From: an uncultured Bacillales bacterium
Lineage (GTDB): Bacteria; Bacillota_I; Bacilli_A; RFN20; CAG-449
NCBI GenBank assembly: GCA_945873815.1
Contig: CAMCEE010000001.1
Location: forward strand, 75,897-139,896
Length of the DNA stretch: 64,000 nucleotides
Reading direction: 5' to 3'
Both the position numbers and the translations under genes were made by a program. Shown here in pieces: positions 18,468 to 28,859 of this stretch. A model generated the notes under the pieces. That model saw nothing but the letters and a program-made list of their open reading frames with translations, was not told the origin of the DNA and made no database searches. Each line of letters begins with the position of its first letter. The first letter of the stretch is position 1.

Positions 18468-20399
18468 ATGAAATATTTTAAAACGGATGGAATTAGGGGA
18501 ACATTACTAAAAACCCTTCCTTCATCATTAATCTTTTCTTTAGGAAAAAGTTTGAATTGCTTACCTTTTTCTAAATGCTTAATCGGATACGATACTAGGG
18601 AGAGTGCTTTATTATATAAGAATGCGTTATCTTGTGGATTAATTGAAGGAAATAAGGAAGTTATTGATCTTGGAATTATTACTACAGGTGGATTGTCCTT
18701 TCTTTCAAGAAAGTATAATGCGTTAGGAGTAATGATTACTGCTTCACACAATAATAGTGAATATAATGGTGTGAAAATCTTTTTAAATGGAAATAAATTA
18801 AGTAATGAGGAAGAAGAGAAAATCGAGAATCTTATCGATAAACGTTTTTCATATGAGGGAACGTCATTAGGGAAAATATACTTTTCTAACCTTATCGAAG
18901 AATATAAGAATTATCTTTTATCTTTGATTAAACCTTATAAGCTCCGTATTGGATTAGATTTTGCAAATGGGAGTTTATATCGATTAGGAAGAGAAGTATT
19001 CTCTTGTATTAGTGATGATTTATTTATTATTGGTGATAAGCCAAATGGAAAGAATATTAATGAGATGTGTGGTTCTTTATATCCTTCGTCATTAAGAAAA
19101 ATAGTACTAGATAATAATTGTGATATCGGTTTTGCTTTCGATGGAGATGCGGATAGAATTCTTGTTTTTGATAATTTAGGGAATATGTATAATGGAGATT
19201 CATTAATCTACGTTATTGCAAAATATTTGAAGAAGCATAATAGATTAAAAAATAATGCTGTATGTTTGACAGAAACGACTAATCTAGGAGTGATTAATTC
19301 TTTTAGGAAGAATGGAATAGATGTTCTTCTTTCTCCTGTTGGAGATAAGAATGTTTCTTCACTTATGAAAGATAAAGATTTAATTCTAGGAGGAGAAGCT
19401 TCAGGACATATAATTAATTTTGATTCGTTCTTTGTTGGAGAAGGAATCATTAACGCTATCTATTTATTAAATGTTTTACATGAAGAGAATTTGTCCTTAA
19501 AAGAACTTACAAGCGATTTAGAATACTATTTTGAATATAGTAAAAATTTTGAGATAAGGGATAAGTCATTAGTTGAAGATGAAGAGATAAAGAAATATAT
19601 AAAAAAGAAAGAATTTGAGAATAATAATCGTTTGAAAATTGTTTTAAGATGCTCCGGAACTGAAGATGTGATTAGAATGTACGTTTGCGCGTATGAAAAG
19701 AAGATATTGAATGAGGTTGTTAGTGAACTAGAAGCTCTTATTGCGATTAAAAGTCTAGATTTACGCGAAAAAGTCAATTGTAATATGGAACTATATCATA
19801 ACTTAGATAATGTGATTATTGATAAAGAAGCTATTATTGAAGAAGGAGTGCAGATTCTTCCTTTTAGCATTATTAAAGGTAAGACAAGAATCTGTAAGGG
19901 AAGCATAATAGGTCCAAATACAGAGATTGAAGATTCATTTATTGGTGCAGATTCCCTAATTAAACATTCTTTAGTTTCTTCTTCGTTTATTGGAAATAAT
20001 GTTGTGATTGGGCCTTTTGCTCATATTAGAAATAAATCGATAATTAAGGATGGAGTTGTAATTGGAAATTTTGTGGAAATAAAAAATTCATTCTTAGATA
20101 TAGAAACAAAAGCAAAGCATTTATCTTATATAGGAGATACGGTTTGTGGGAAGAATGTCAATTGGGGATGTGGATCGATTACAGTTAATTATGATGGAAA
20201 AAATAAATATAAGACGATAGTGAAAGATAAGGCTTTTATTGGAAGTAATGTCAATTTAATCGCACCTCTTGAAATTGGTAAGAATGCTTTTATCGCGGGA
20301 GGATCTACTATTACAGAGGATGTAATGGATGATTCATTTTCTATTGCTCGAAGTAAACAAATAACTAAAGAGAACTATCATAAAGGAGAGAAAAAATAA
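18468..20399 (+). CDS. glmM: Fusion protein: phosphoglucosamine mutase (GlmM) plus GlmU-type glucosamine-1-phosphate N-acetyltransferase (LbH) domain
   Basis: N-terminal part: KYFKTDGIRG, ASHNNSEYNGVKIF (phospho-Ser loop), FAFDGDADR (Mg site), GGEASGH (sugar loop) and C-domain RCSGTEDVIRMY. C-terminal ~190 aa: hexapeptide repeats with KHLSYIGD...NYDGKNKYKT...FIGSN..LIAPL, diagnostic of the GlmU acetyltransferase domain. No uridyltransferase domain is present. Confidence 0.8.
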   Translation: MKYFKTDGIRGTLLKTLPSSLIFSLGKSLNCLPFSKCLIGYDTRESALLYKNALSCGLIEGNKEVIDLGIITTGGLSFLSRKYNALGVMITASHNNSEYNGVKIFLNGNKLSNEEEEKIENLIDKRFSYEGTSLGKIYFSNLIEEYKNYLLSLIKPYKLRIGLDFANGSLYRLGREVFSCISDDLFIIGDKPNGKNINEMCGSLYPSSLRKIVLDNNCDIGFAFDGDADRILVFDNLGNMYNGDSLIYVIAKYLKKHNRLKNNAVCLTETTNLGVINSFRKNGIDVLLSPVGDKNVSSLMKDKDLILGGEASGHIINFDSFFVGEGIINAIYLLNVLHEENLSLKELTSDLEYYFEYSKNFEIRDKSLVEDEEIKKYIKKKEFENNNRLKIVLRCSGTEDVIRMYVCAYEKKILNEVVSELEALIAIKSLDLREKVNCNMELYHNLDNVIIDKEAIIEEGVQILPFSIIKGKTRICKGSIIGPNTEIEDSFIGADSLIKHSLVSSSFIGNNVVIGPFAHIRNKSIIKDGVVIGNFVEIKNSFLDIETKAKHLSYIGDTVCGKNVNWGCGSITVNYDGKNKYKTIVKDKAFIGSNVNLIAPLEIGKNAFIAGGSTITEDVMDDSFSIARSKQITKENYHKGEKK

Positions 20400-22177
20400 T
20401 GTGTGGATTAGTTGGTTATATTGGGAAAAATAACGCTAAAGATATTCTTCTTTCATCATTAGAATTATTAGAATATCGTGGATATGATTCTTCGGGGATC
20501 GCAATTAGAATAAATGATTCTATTGTTACTTATAAGGATATAGGAAGAGTATCTCATCTTCGTAGCATTATAAAAAATAATATCTATTCTAATATTGGAA
20601 TAGGACATACTAGATGGGCAACACATGGCAGTGTTAATAGAATTAATGCTCATCCACATTCTTCATTCGATGGACGTTTTACGCTAGTTCATAATGGAGT
20701 TATTGAGAATTATTTAGAATTAAAAATGATGTATCTTAGTGATGTAGATTTTATTTCATCTACCGATAGTGAAGTGATTGTTAATCTTCTTTCTTATTTT
20801 ATTAGAAAGTGTTCAATTGAAGAAGCATTAAGAAAACTTATTAGTGTTTTAAAAGGTTCTTTTGCTTTAGTGATTTTCGATAGAGATAATATGGATAGGT
20901 TGTATGTAATTAAAAATAAAACTCCTTTATTAATTGGAAAAGGTAATGATGAAATAATGGTGAGTTCTGATGCTTTAGCCTTTATTAATTCGATTGATTC
21001 CTATATTTGTCTAGATGATATGGAATATGCGATTTTATGTAAAAACTCAGTCAAAGTTTTTGATTCTAGAGGAAACATCATTTTGCACAATGAAATCAAA
21101 AACGACACGAATAAAGAAGAGATTTCTAAAGGGGATTATCCTTATTACATGCTAAAGGAGATAGAAGAAATTCCATCGTGTATTGAAAGGATTAGAAATA
21201 AGTACATATATGAAGGGTGTATTACAATTGATGAAAGTTTACTAAATGAGATTAGAGATAGTGATATTATTTATGTTGCTTCTTGCGGTACTTCTTATTA
21301 TGCATCTTTATATTTTAAATACATTATGGAGAAAGAATATAAAAAGAAAGTAGATGTATTGATTGCTTCTGAATATATCTATTCCTTTGAAGCTATTGGA
21401 CGTAATCCATTTATTATTGTGGTATCTCAAAGTGGAGAGACTCAAGATGTGATTTCATTTGTAAGTAAATGTAAAGAGAAGGGACTACGCACATTATGTA
21501 TAACTAATACGAGATATTCCACTTTAGAAAGAGAATGTGATTATTCATTATCACTTGAAGCTCGTAAGGAAGTCGCGGTCGCGTCTACTAAAGCTTATGT
21601 TAACGAAGTAGTATTATTCTATTTCCTTGAAAAGGCAATAATGAATGATATAAATAGGGTTGTAGTTGATATTGATGAACTACTTATTTCAGTGAAAGAT
21701 GTTATTTCTAGAAATAAAGAGATTGATAATATTGTGAAACAAATAGTTAGTAAAGATCATTTGTATTATGTTGGAAGAGAATTAGGTTATTATGGGAGTT
21801 TAGAGGCTGCATTAAAATTAAAAGAAATATCCTATATTCATGCTGAAGGCTTATCTTCTAGTGAATTAAAACATGGTTCAATTGCTTTAATCGATAGTTC
21901 TTTTCCAACTATTGCCTTAATCGATAATATGATTGATGAGTTATTAGTTAGATCTAATCTTCAAGAAATCAAATCTAGAGATGGAATGACTTTTGTAATT
22001 ACTTATTCTCCGTTTTATAAGGATGGAGATAGCTTATCGCTTAAATTAGTTGACTCATCTTTAAGAATTATTCCTTTAGTTGTTGTTTCTCAATATATTG
22101 CTTATAAGTGTGCATTATTAAAAGGAAATGATATAGATAAACCCCGTAATCTAGCAAAATCAGTGACTGTATTATAA
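20399..22177 (+). CDS. glmS: Glutamine--fructose-6-phosphate aminotransferase
   Basis: N-terminal MCGLVGYIG (Ntn Cys), two SIS domains, and the C-terminal KPRNLAKSVTV-type end. Start overlaps the upstream stop by 1 nt. Confidence 0.9.
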   Translation: MCGLVGYIGKNNAKDILLSSLELLEYRGYDSSGIAIRINDSIVTYKDIGRVSHLRSIIKNNIYSNIGIGHTRWATHGSVNRINAHPHSSFDGRFTLVHNGVIENYLELKMMYLSDVDFISSTDSEVIVNLLSYFIRKCSIEEALRKLISVLKGSFALVIFDRDNMDRLYVIKNKTPLLIGKGNDEIMVSSDALAFINSIDSYICLDDMEYAILCKNSVKVFDSRGNIILHNEIKNDTNKEEISKGDYPYYMLKEIEEIPSCIERIRNKYIYEGCITIDESLLNEIRDSDIIYVASCGTSYYASLYFKYIMEKEYKKKVDVLIASEYIYSFEAIGRNPFIIVVSQSGETQDVISFVSKCKEKGLRTLCITNTRYSTLERECDYSLSLEARKEVAVASTKAYVNEVVLFYFLEKAIMNDINRVVVDIDELLISVKDVISRNKEIDNIVKQIVSKDHLYYVGRELGYYGSLEAALKLKEISYIHAEGLSSSELKHGSIALIDSSFPTIALIDNMIDELLVRSNLQEIKSRDGMTFVITYSPFYKDGDSLSLKLVDSSLRIIPLVVVSQYIAYKCALLKGNDIDKPRNLAKSVTVL

Positions 22178-22490
22178 TGATTATTTAAGTTCTAAGCGAT
22201 AATATCTTAGTCTTTATTAATAAATAATGTAATAGATAACAATTATTTCTATCTTTGTTCTAGAATGAACTATGATTTGGATATCTCCATGGTTGATTAT
22301 TAGGTGATATCCATTTTCTTTTGTTTCGAGTCAATTTATAAGATTGATTAAGTTTGGAAATTATCTCTCGTAACTACTTAGGATATTATAATCTATAAAT
22401 CATAGTTAATATGCCTCGAAAAAATTTCTTTTGCAATATCTATTTTTAGCATATATAATATAAAAGCGTGACCAAAGGAGAATATTATTT

Positions 22491-23048
22491 ATGTTTTTAG
22501 TAGATTTAGGTTTAGATTTTTCAACTCCAACAGGAATTGCAGTTAGCATTATTGGATTTGTTGCTTTAATTACGTTTTGTTCTTCATTCCAAGTTAAGAA
22601 TAGACGTTTATTAATAATTCTTCAAACGATTAGTTTTACATGTTTTGGCGTTCAATATTTATTGACTGGTGCATATACTGGCTTAATCCTTGAAGCTGTA
22701 TGCATTGGAAGAAATATATTATTCTATTTTAAAGGTAATAATAAGTTTTTGAATTCTATATTTGTACCTATTATTTTTGGTGTTTCTGCGATAGTTATTG
22801 GCATTTGTACTTTTGATGGATGGCCAAGTTTGCTTCCTGCTTTTGCAACCGTTGTTCAAAGTTTTGCTTTATATGCAAAAAAAGAAGAACACAGTCGCTT
22901 ATTGTTCTTAGTGGGTTCACCAATGTGGTTAGTTTACAATATTTTCTCTAATTTATTATTCCCAGTTATTACAGAATGCATAAATATGGTTTCTATTATC
23001 ATTTCGGTTATTAGATTCTATATAAAAGCAAAAAAAGAAGCTAAGTAG
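22491..23048 (+). CDS. Hypothetical small integral membrane protein (YgjV-like?)
   Basis: Roughly five predicted TM helices and no catalytic motifs. Confidence 0.45.
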   Translation: MFLVDLGLDFSTPTGIAVSIIGFVALITFCSSFQVKNRRLLIILQTISFTCFGVQYLLTGAYTGLILEAVCIGRNILFYFKGNNKFLNSIFVPIIFGVSAIVIGICTFDGWPSLLPAFATVVQSFALYAKKEEHSRLLFLVGSPMWLVYNIFSNLLFPVITECINMVSIIISVIRFYIKAKKEAK

Positions 23049-23066
23049 AGATAACATACTCCTCTT

Positions 23067-24948
23067 AAGGGGCTGTAAAGAAATAATTTTCTAGAGGAAA
23101 TTTCCTCTAAGAAGCTGTTTCAAATCAGCTCTTTTTAAATTTGTCGAGAAAAAATATATTAGTTTCTTATAAAAAAGTGTGAAAAGTAAAAAAAATTGCA
23201 TACTAAAAAGAATATTATTGAAATTTAAATTTGATTAACTAATATATTTCAATATTTGTTCTATTTTTTAAGTTGTGATATTTAGCTAAATTAAAGCCTA
23301 TAATAATTAGATAGAGTTCAAGATTTACCTTCTTTAGAGAAACTCGAGTAATTCTACGATAATTATAGTCTTGTTTTATCACTCCAAATGCACCTTCTGA
23401 CATATATGAACGGGTACATCTCAGTTTAATGCCTTCTTCAGAAGCAAGATTATCAATTACTTCTTTATGGTAAGAGGTTAAAGTTCTATTGATATTAATA
23501 ACTCTATTATACTTTGATTGATGACATTTATCTCTAAAAGGACAACCATTACAGTCTTCACATTGAAATTTTTCTTCAACACGTTTATCTTTATTTCCTA
23601 TAATATAAGAATCTCTGATTTTAAAGAATTTTTTACCATTTGGACATACTGGATTACCATCATCATCTATTTCAAAATTTACAGATCTAAACGGGTCATT
23701 ATGGAAGTCCTTATCATGTGTTTCCTTTTCCCATGTAGCAAATTTCATAAATTTACGGATATTATTTTTTTCGCAAAATGCATAGGTCTGTAAATTACCA
23801 TATCCAGCATCAGCAACAGGAGTTGTTGGATATTTTCCATATATCTCTTTATACTTTTCCATTAAAGGGATAAAACACTTATTATCTGATGCAGATTGTG
23901 AAGTTAGACCAAAAAGAATGATTTCTCCTGCAGAAACAAGTTGCCAGTTATAAGCTGGGAGTAATGCAGTATTGCCCATATAATCAGTTTTCATACGCAT
24001 AAAAGTTGCATCCACATCAGTTTTAGAATACGAATTACGACCTTCTCCACATTTATCAATCTTAATTGCATAATCCTTTAACATATCAATTATTCTAGAT
24101 AACTTATCATAGTATCGTTGAATAATATGTTTATGATGGCCTTTACCATTAACAAATTTAATAGATTGTTTGTCAATGATAGATAATAGGAATTCCTTAT
24201 TCTTTTCAAGTTCTTCAATAGAGTAAGTGTTTTTTACTTCGAAAGCTAAGCCAGGCTCAAGAATGGAAGAGTTATTAATCGATTCAAATAGTTTAGAAAG
24301 ATGTTTAAATTGTCTATCTCTAGAAGTAATGCAAGCATTTTTCCATACCCATGTGTACTTATTTGGAAAAGCCTCAATTTTTGTTCCATCAATAAAAACA
24401 GTAGAAATATCAATATTTTGTTTATTAATAATATATTTAGTAATATCATTTGAAATTTGTTCAATAGAATCCAAAAGATAATTGTTTATAAAATTAGCAA
24501 TTGTCATATGAGTAGGTTTAACTTCATCGGATAAATACATAAAACGAATATCATTACGACAAAGTGACTCAATTTTTCTTGTTGATCTAACATTGATCAT
24601 AAATGCGAATAACACAATTTTCAAAAGAACTTTAGGGTCATAACCATCTCTTCCTCTTGTTTCATTAGAGGTAGAAATCAAATATTTATTTAGATTAACT
24701 CCTTCCATGACTTCCTTAAAAGTAACCACAGGATCAGCTGGATCTATTTTTATACCAACTTCTAGTGGTAATTTCATTTGAAATGTGTTAATCTCTAAAT
24801 GTGGGTTAAAGGTTAACATATTCATATGTTAATTATAACAGAAATTGAGTCATTATTCTTTAGAATAATGGCTCTTTTTCTATCTTTTTTATAAATTAAA
24901 AAGACTGTAAGAAACAATCAATCATGATTTATTTCTTTACAGCCCCTT
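23067..24948 (-). mobile_element. IS1182-family insertion sequence (~1.88 kb) with perfect 20-bp terminal inverted repeats
   Basis: Left IR AAGGGGCTGTAAAGAAATAA at 23067..23086 and right IR TTATTTCTTTACAGCCCCTT at 24929..24948 (its exact reverse complement). The element encloses the transposase ORF. Confidence 0.8.
23239..24825 (-). CDS. IS1182-family DDE transposase
   Basis: N-terminal InsH-like region GRDGYDPKVLLKIVLFAFMINVRSTRKIESLCRNDIRFMYLS, followed by a DDE domain and a C-terminal Zn-ribbon-like CPNG...CEDCNGC. Confidence 0.85.
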   Translation of the reverse strand: MNMLTFNPHLEINTFQMKLPLEVGIKIDPADPVVTFKEVMEGVNLNKYLISTSNETRGRDGYDPKVLLKIVLFAFMINVRSTRKIESLCRNDIRFMYLSDEVKPTHMTIANFINNYLLDSIEQISNDITKYIINKQNIDISTVFIDGTKIEAFPNKYTWVWKNACITSRDRQFKHLSKLFESINNSSILEPGLAFEVKNTYSIEELEKNKEFLLSIIDKQSIKFVNGKGHHKHIIQRYYDKLSRIIDMLKDYAIKIDKCGEGRNSYSKTDVDATFMRMKTDYMGNTALLPAYNWQLVSAGEIILFGLTSQSASDNKCFIPLMEKYKEIYGKYPTTPVADAGYGNLQTYAFCEKNNIRKFMKFATWEKETHDKDFHNDPFRSVNFEIDDDGNPVCPNGKKFFKIRDSYIIGNKDKRVEEKFQCEDCNGCPFRDKCHQSKYNRVININRTLTSYHKEVIDNLASEEGIKLRCTRSYMSEGAFGVIKQDYNYRRITRVSLKKVNLELYLIIIGFNLAKYHNLKNRTNIEIY

Positions 24949-25040
24949 TTTTATATAAATTGAAAAAAAAGAATTTTTTTGTATGATTAATTATTTTAAG
25001 GTGTTATTATTATTAACAATAAAAAAAGGAGTTGAATTTT

Positions 25041-27101
25041 ATGAAGAAAAAGATGAGTTTATTAGCAATAAGTGCTCTTGTACTTATTCCTCTTGTATCT
25101 TGTGATCCTGTTTCTTCAGTTACTAGTTCTTCTACTTCATCGGAAAGTAGCGTAACAACAAGTATAGGAACATCAGTTAATACAAGTGAAGATACAACTA
25201 AAAATACAAGTGAATCTTCTCTAAGTGAAAAATCTAGCGTTTCAACACTTGATGCAAAGATTGTGGGTTTACAACACGCATTAGAGAAATCATACGATAA
25301 TATCACTGTTGAAAGTGTTTCAACAATGATAGGTGATATGAGTTATGAAGGGGAGATTGAAGAAATCAATGTTAGACAACATGAAATTGATAAGATTGTT
25401 TCTAATAAGGAATATATGATTTCTTATGATGATTCTTCAGATGCTGAATACGCTACATACGTTAGAATTGGTGATACACACGTCAATATATATGATGAAT
25501 TGTCAGATGGAACATTCTCAAATACAAAGATTACTATGGATGAATGGGAAAAAGTTCTTTCAACAGGCGCTTATAAATATTCTTACGCATACTTAGCTTA
25601 TACTTCACCTGTAGAATTCGGTCTAAGCGTTAATGATGTTACTGTTGTCAATGACGAATTATTCGTTAAAAATGATATCGTTCAAACTCTTGGTTATTCT
25701 ATTCTTGATTTAGAAGAAGATGATGGGGCAGAAATCGTATCAATCAAGATTGAAATTGCAGATGATGCTTTTAGTAAAATTGTTATTAGTTATAAATACG
25801 ATACAAATGAAATGTCAGTAGATTGTGAATATTCTGTTAGTTTTTCAAATATTGGTACTACCACATTTACCTATCCTAATGTTCCTGAACAAGAGTTAGT
25901 ACTTGAAGAAGGCCCAGAACATGTTGATTTATCTACTTGCGTAAGCTTAAACGATGAACAAAAAGTTGCATTGGATGCAGTACTTAATACAAATTATGTC
26001 AATTTTAAATGTGATTATTTCAACGATTACAACGATGGATATTATTCTATTTATGAAACAGATTATATTGACGGAGATAAATATTATGTAGATTATTATG
26101 GTTCACAATTCTATGGAATGTATACTACTTCTAGCATATATTATTTAGTCATTGATGATAGTGAAAGTTATACTCTTGAATTAACGGATGAAAAGACTGT
26201 TGCAAAGAATGTAATCGAAGATCAAGAGACATTATATGATTACTATCCATATGCAATTACTCCAAACGATGTAAAAAATTCAACAAATTTCACTTCAAGT
26301 GACTTTGTAAAAGCAAATGATGCAAATATCTATTGCTTAAGTCAAGAAGCATTAAGTAGATACAGTTCATTAGTTGTTTCTAGCGGATCTACATTATCTT
26401 CATTTGAAATTGTGTTAGATGAGAATGGAACATTACTTGAGATGAGATACATCTCATATGAAGAAGATCTTAGTGGTGTATATTATGATTATTCAAGCTT
26501 TGCATATTATGATATTGGTACTACTGAAATAGTTCTTCCTGAAGTTGGGGCTTCTACATTATCTGATTTAGTTGAACTTCAAAAGACTGAACTACAAAAC
26601 GCAATAAATGCAGATTATTCTAACGCTACAATTTTTGAAGAGATTTTCTATGTTGAAATGTATTATGTTGGAGATACTAGTTATCTTGTGTCTATCGATG
26701 AAGAAACTTACGATTACGTTATTACTGAAGTAGTATATGAAGACGGAAAGTATTATGAAAAGAATGGAAATAATAAAGTTGAGATTACAGGAGCAGATTA
26801 CGTTAACCGTTTCGTTACAATCAATAAAGAAGCAATTGATTATTCTCTTGTAAAATATAATTCATTTACTGGTACATATTATGTGTCAATTGATGATATT
26901 GATCTTCAAGCATTCATTCCATATTACAATGATGCTGATTTCTTAAGTACTGTTAAGGGAGTTGAATTCGTTGTTTCTGATGGTAAAATAGGAAAGATTA
27001 ATCTTGAATATGAAGGAGATGACGGATTAGTACTTGGTACTGGCTTTGAAATCTACGATGTAGGAGAAACAGAAGCTCCATCTTTAGAAGATTACGAGTA
27101 A
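25041..27101 (+). CDS. Large acidic lipoprotein, hypothetical
   Basis: MKKKMSLLAISALVLIPLVSC lipobox and Ser/Thr-rich linker; D/E/Y-rich with no recognised domain. ATG at 25041 (the ORF track uses a TTG at 25032). Confidence 0.55.
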   Translation: MKKKMSLLAISALVLIPLVSCDPVSSVTSSSTSSESSVTTSIGTSVNTSEDTTKNTSESSLSEKSSVSTLDAKIVGLQHALEKSYDNITVESVSTMIGDMSYEGEIEEINVRQHEIDKIVSNKEYMISYDDSSDAEYATYVRIGDTHVNIYDELSDGTFSNTKITMDEWEKVLSTGAYKYSYAYLAYTSPVEFGLSVNDVTVVNDELFVKNDIVQTLGYSILDLEEDDGAEIVSIKIEIADDAFSKIVISYKYDTNEMSVDCEYSVSFSNIGTTTFTYPNVPEQELVLEEGPEHVDLSTCVSLNDEQKVALDAVLNTNYVNFKCDYFNDYNDGYYSIYETDYIDGDKYYVDYYGSQFYGMYTTSSIYYLVIDDSESYTLELTDEKTVAKNVIEDQETLYDYYPYAITPNDVKNSTNFTSSDFVKANDANIYCLSQEALSRYSSLVVSSGSTLSSFEIVLDENGTLLEMRYISYEEDLSGVYYDYSSFAYYDIGTTEIVLPEVGASTLSDLVELQKTELQNAINADYSNATIFEEIFYVEMYYVGDTSYLVSIDEETYDYVITEVVYEDGKYYEKNGNNKVEITGADYVNRFVTINKEAIDYSLVKYNSFTGTYYVSIDDIDLQAFIPYYNDADFLSTVKGVEFVVSDGKIGKINLEYEGDDGLVLGTGFEIYDVGETEAPSLEDYE

Positions 27102-27297
27102 AAGATATTCTTCACCTTATAGTTTCTATAGGGTGGAGAATTTTTTTATAACGTATCTTATGTAAGCGAAAGAATTCCATAGATATCTAACTTATTGAAA
27201 TATGGTTCTTATTTGTTTTATTTATCTAGTCAATATTATGGATATTTAGTAATATATTTTTCTTTATTACTTTATTAATTTATTTAAATTATCTATA

Positions 27298-28722
27298 ATG
27301 ATACAAGTTATGAAAAAGATTAGAGAATATATTGCATCAATTAGAAGAATTAATAACAATCGTGTATTTGAAACGATATATGTTTTTTGTATCGCTTTAA
27401 TTACTTCATTATTTTGGATATTAGGGACGATGAAGATTGTTCCTTATTATTCTTCTTTAGTTGCTTTGACTGTTATTGCAGGCGTCTCACTTCTTTTACT
27501 AAATGATTTTAAGTATTTTATTCCTTGCGTTATTTCATTTATTTTTGCAAATCCTGACGGGTATAAATCTGATGCTTTTCCTATTCCTATGTTAATATGT
27601 GGATTTTCACTTGTTGGAGTATTATTGATATTTACAGCGTGTAATTTTAAGAAGCTTTCATTTAAGAATAAGAACAAATCTTTTATTGCATTAATATATT
27701 TTGCAATATTTTCTTTTGTTCCACTCATTTATCATAACCTAATCACTAGTGAAGTAAAGACTTTAGTTTTCGTTTATTTTAGTTATATCCTATATCTTGG
27801 AATCTATGTTTTCTTCCTTGCTAATATGAATGAGGATTCTAAGAACATCACTTTTAAATCATGTGAGATGATTGCTTTAATCTGTGCGTTTGAATGCATT
27901 GCAAAAGTTATATTAATGCATCAAGAAGATCCAGCAAGACCTCTATTATCTATGTGGTATTTTTTAGGATGGGGATTATGCAATGAAGCTGGTATTATGA
28001 TTTGTTTTGGGTTACCTTTTTTATTTATGAAAACTAAATCATTTTCAAAATGGTATCAATATATTTTCTTTATCATTGAGCTTGCGCTTGTAATTGTAGG
28101 AATGCTTGTAACAACAAGTAGAGGTACTTATTTGTTTGGCTCTATATTAATTGTAATCCTTACTATTCTTTCTTTTGTCTATAGTAAGCATAAGATTAAA
28201 TATTCGCTTAGTATCATAATATCAATAATAATATTATTAATCGGTATTGAACTAATGTTTGGATTAAAGGATTTTGTCCTTGAAATCATTGAAGAAGTAT
28301 TTGAAAAGAAGTTAGATAGTAATGGCAGATATACTCTATTTGATACTGCAGTTAAATTGTGGAATGACGGTTTACCTTCCATTCTCTTTGGTAAGGGATG
28401 GGTTGCAGAAAGACTTAAGACGATGACTTATTATGGAATGCAAGAAGGATATATGGTTTATCATTCTACCTTCTTTGAAACGCTAGCTTGTTATGGGGCT
28501 ATTGGAGTGTTTGTACTTATTTTCCATTTCTATGAGAAATATAAAACTTTGTTCAAATTAGAGAAATTTGAATGCTTCGTTCTTATTGTAGGATTTGTCC
28601 TTGTTGATTTATATGGGATGATTGATAATACTTATCATTTCTACTATTATATGATTCCTCTTATTATCTTAATGTCCTCATTAGATGCGGCAAAAAGAGA
28701 TGAAAAAGCGATAATTTTATAA
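27298..28722 (+). CDS. O-antigen ligase/polymerase-like (Wzy_C) polytopic membrane protein
   Basis: More than ten TM helices, with TTSRGTYL and a ..YHSTFFETLACYGAIGVFVLI segment resembling Wzy_C/WaaL motifs. Confidence 0.45.
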   Translation: MIQVMKKIREYIASIRRINNNRVFETIYVFCIALITSLFWILGTMKIVPYYSSLVALTVIAGVSLLLLNDFKYFIPCVISFIFANPDGYKSDAFPIPMLICGFSLVGVLLIFTACNFKKLSFKNKNKSFIALIYFAIFSFVPLIYHNLITSEVKTLVFVYFSYILYLGIYVFFLANMNEDSKNITFKSCEMIALICAFECIAKVILMHQEDPARPLLSMWYFLGWGLCNEAGIMICFGLPFLFMKTKSFSKWYQYIFFIIELALVIVGMLVTTSRGTYLFGSILIVILTILSFVYSKHKIKYSLSIIISIIILLIGIELMFGLKDFVLEIIEEVFEKKLDSNGRYTLFDTAVKLWNDGLPSILFGKGWVAERLKTMTYYGMQEGYMVYHSTFFETLACYGAIGVFVLIFHFYEKYKTLFKLEKFECFVLIVGFVLVDLYGMIDNTYHFYYYMIPLIILMSSLDAAKRDEKAIIL

Positions 28723-28859
28723 AAACTTGTCGAAAAGATGAGTTTTTTTCTTCGATTTTTCAGACTTTTTTTAAAATTTACTACAAATGCAATATGTCTG
28801 TAGGATTGAAAACATAATATAGTTTGTTATAATTAAAGAGATAAAAAGGAGCAAACAAT

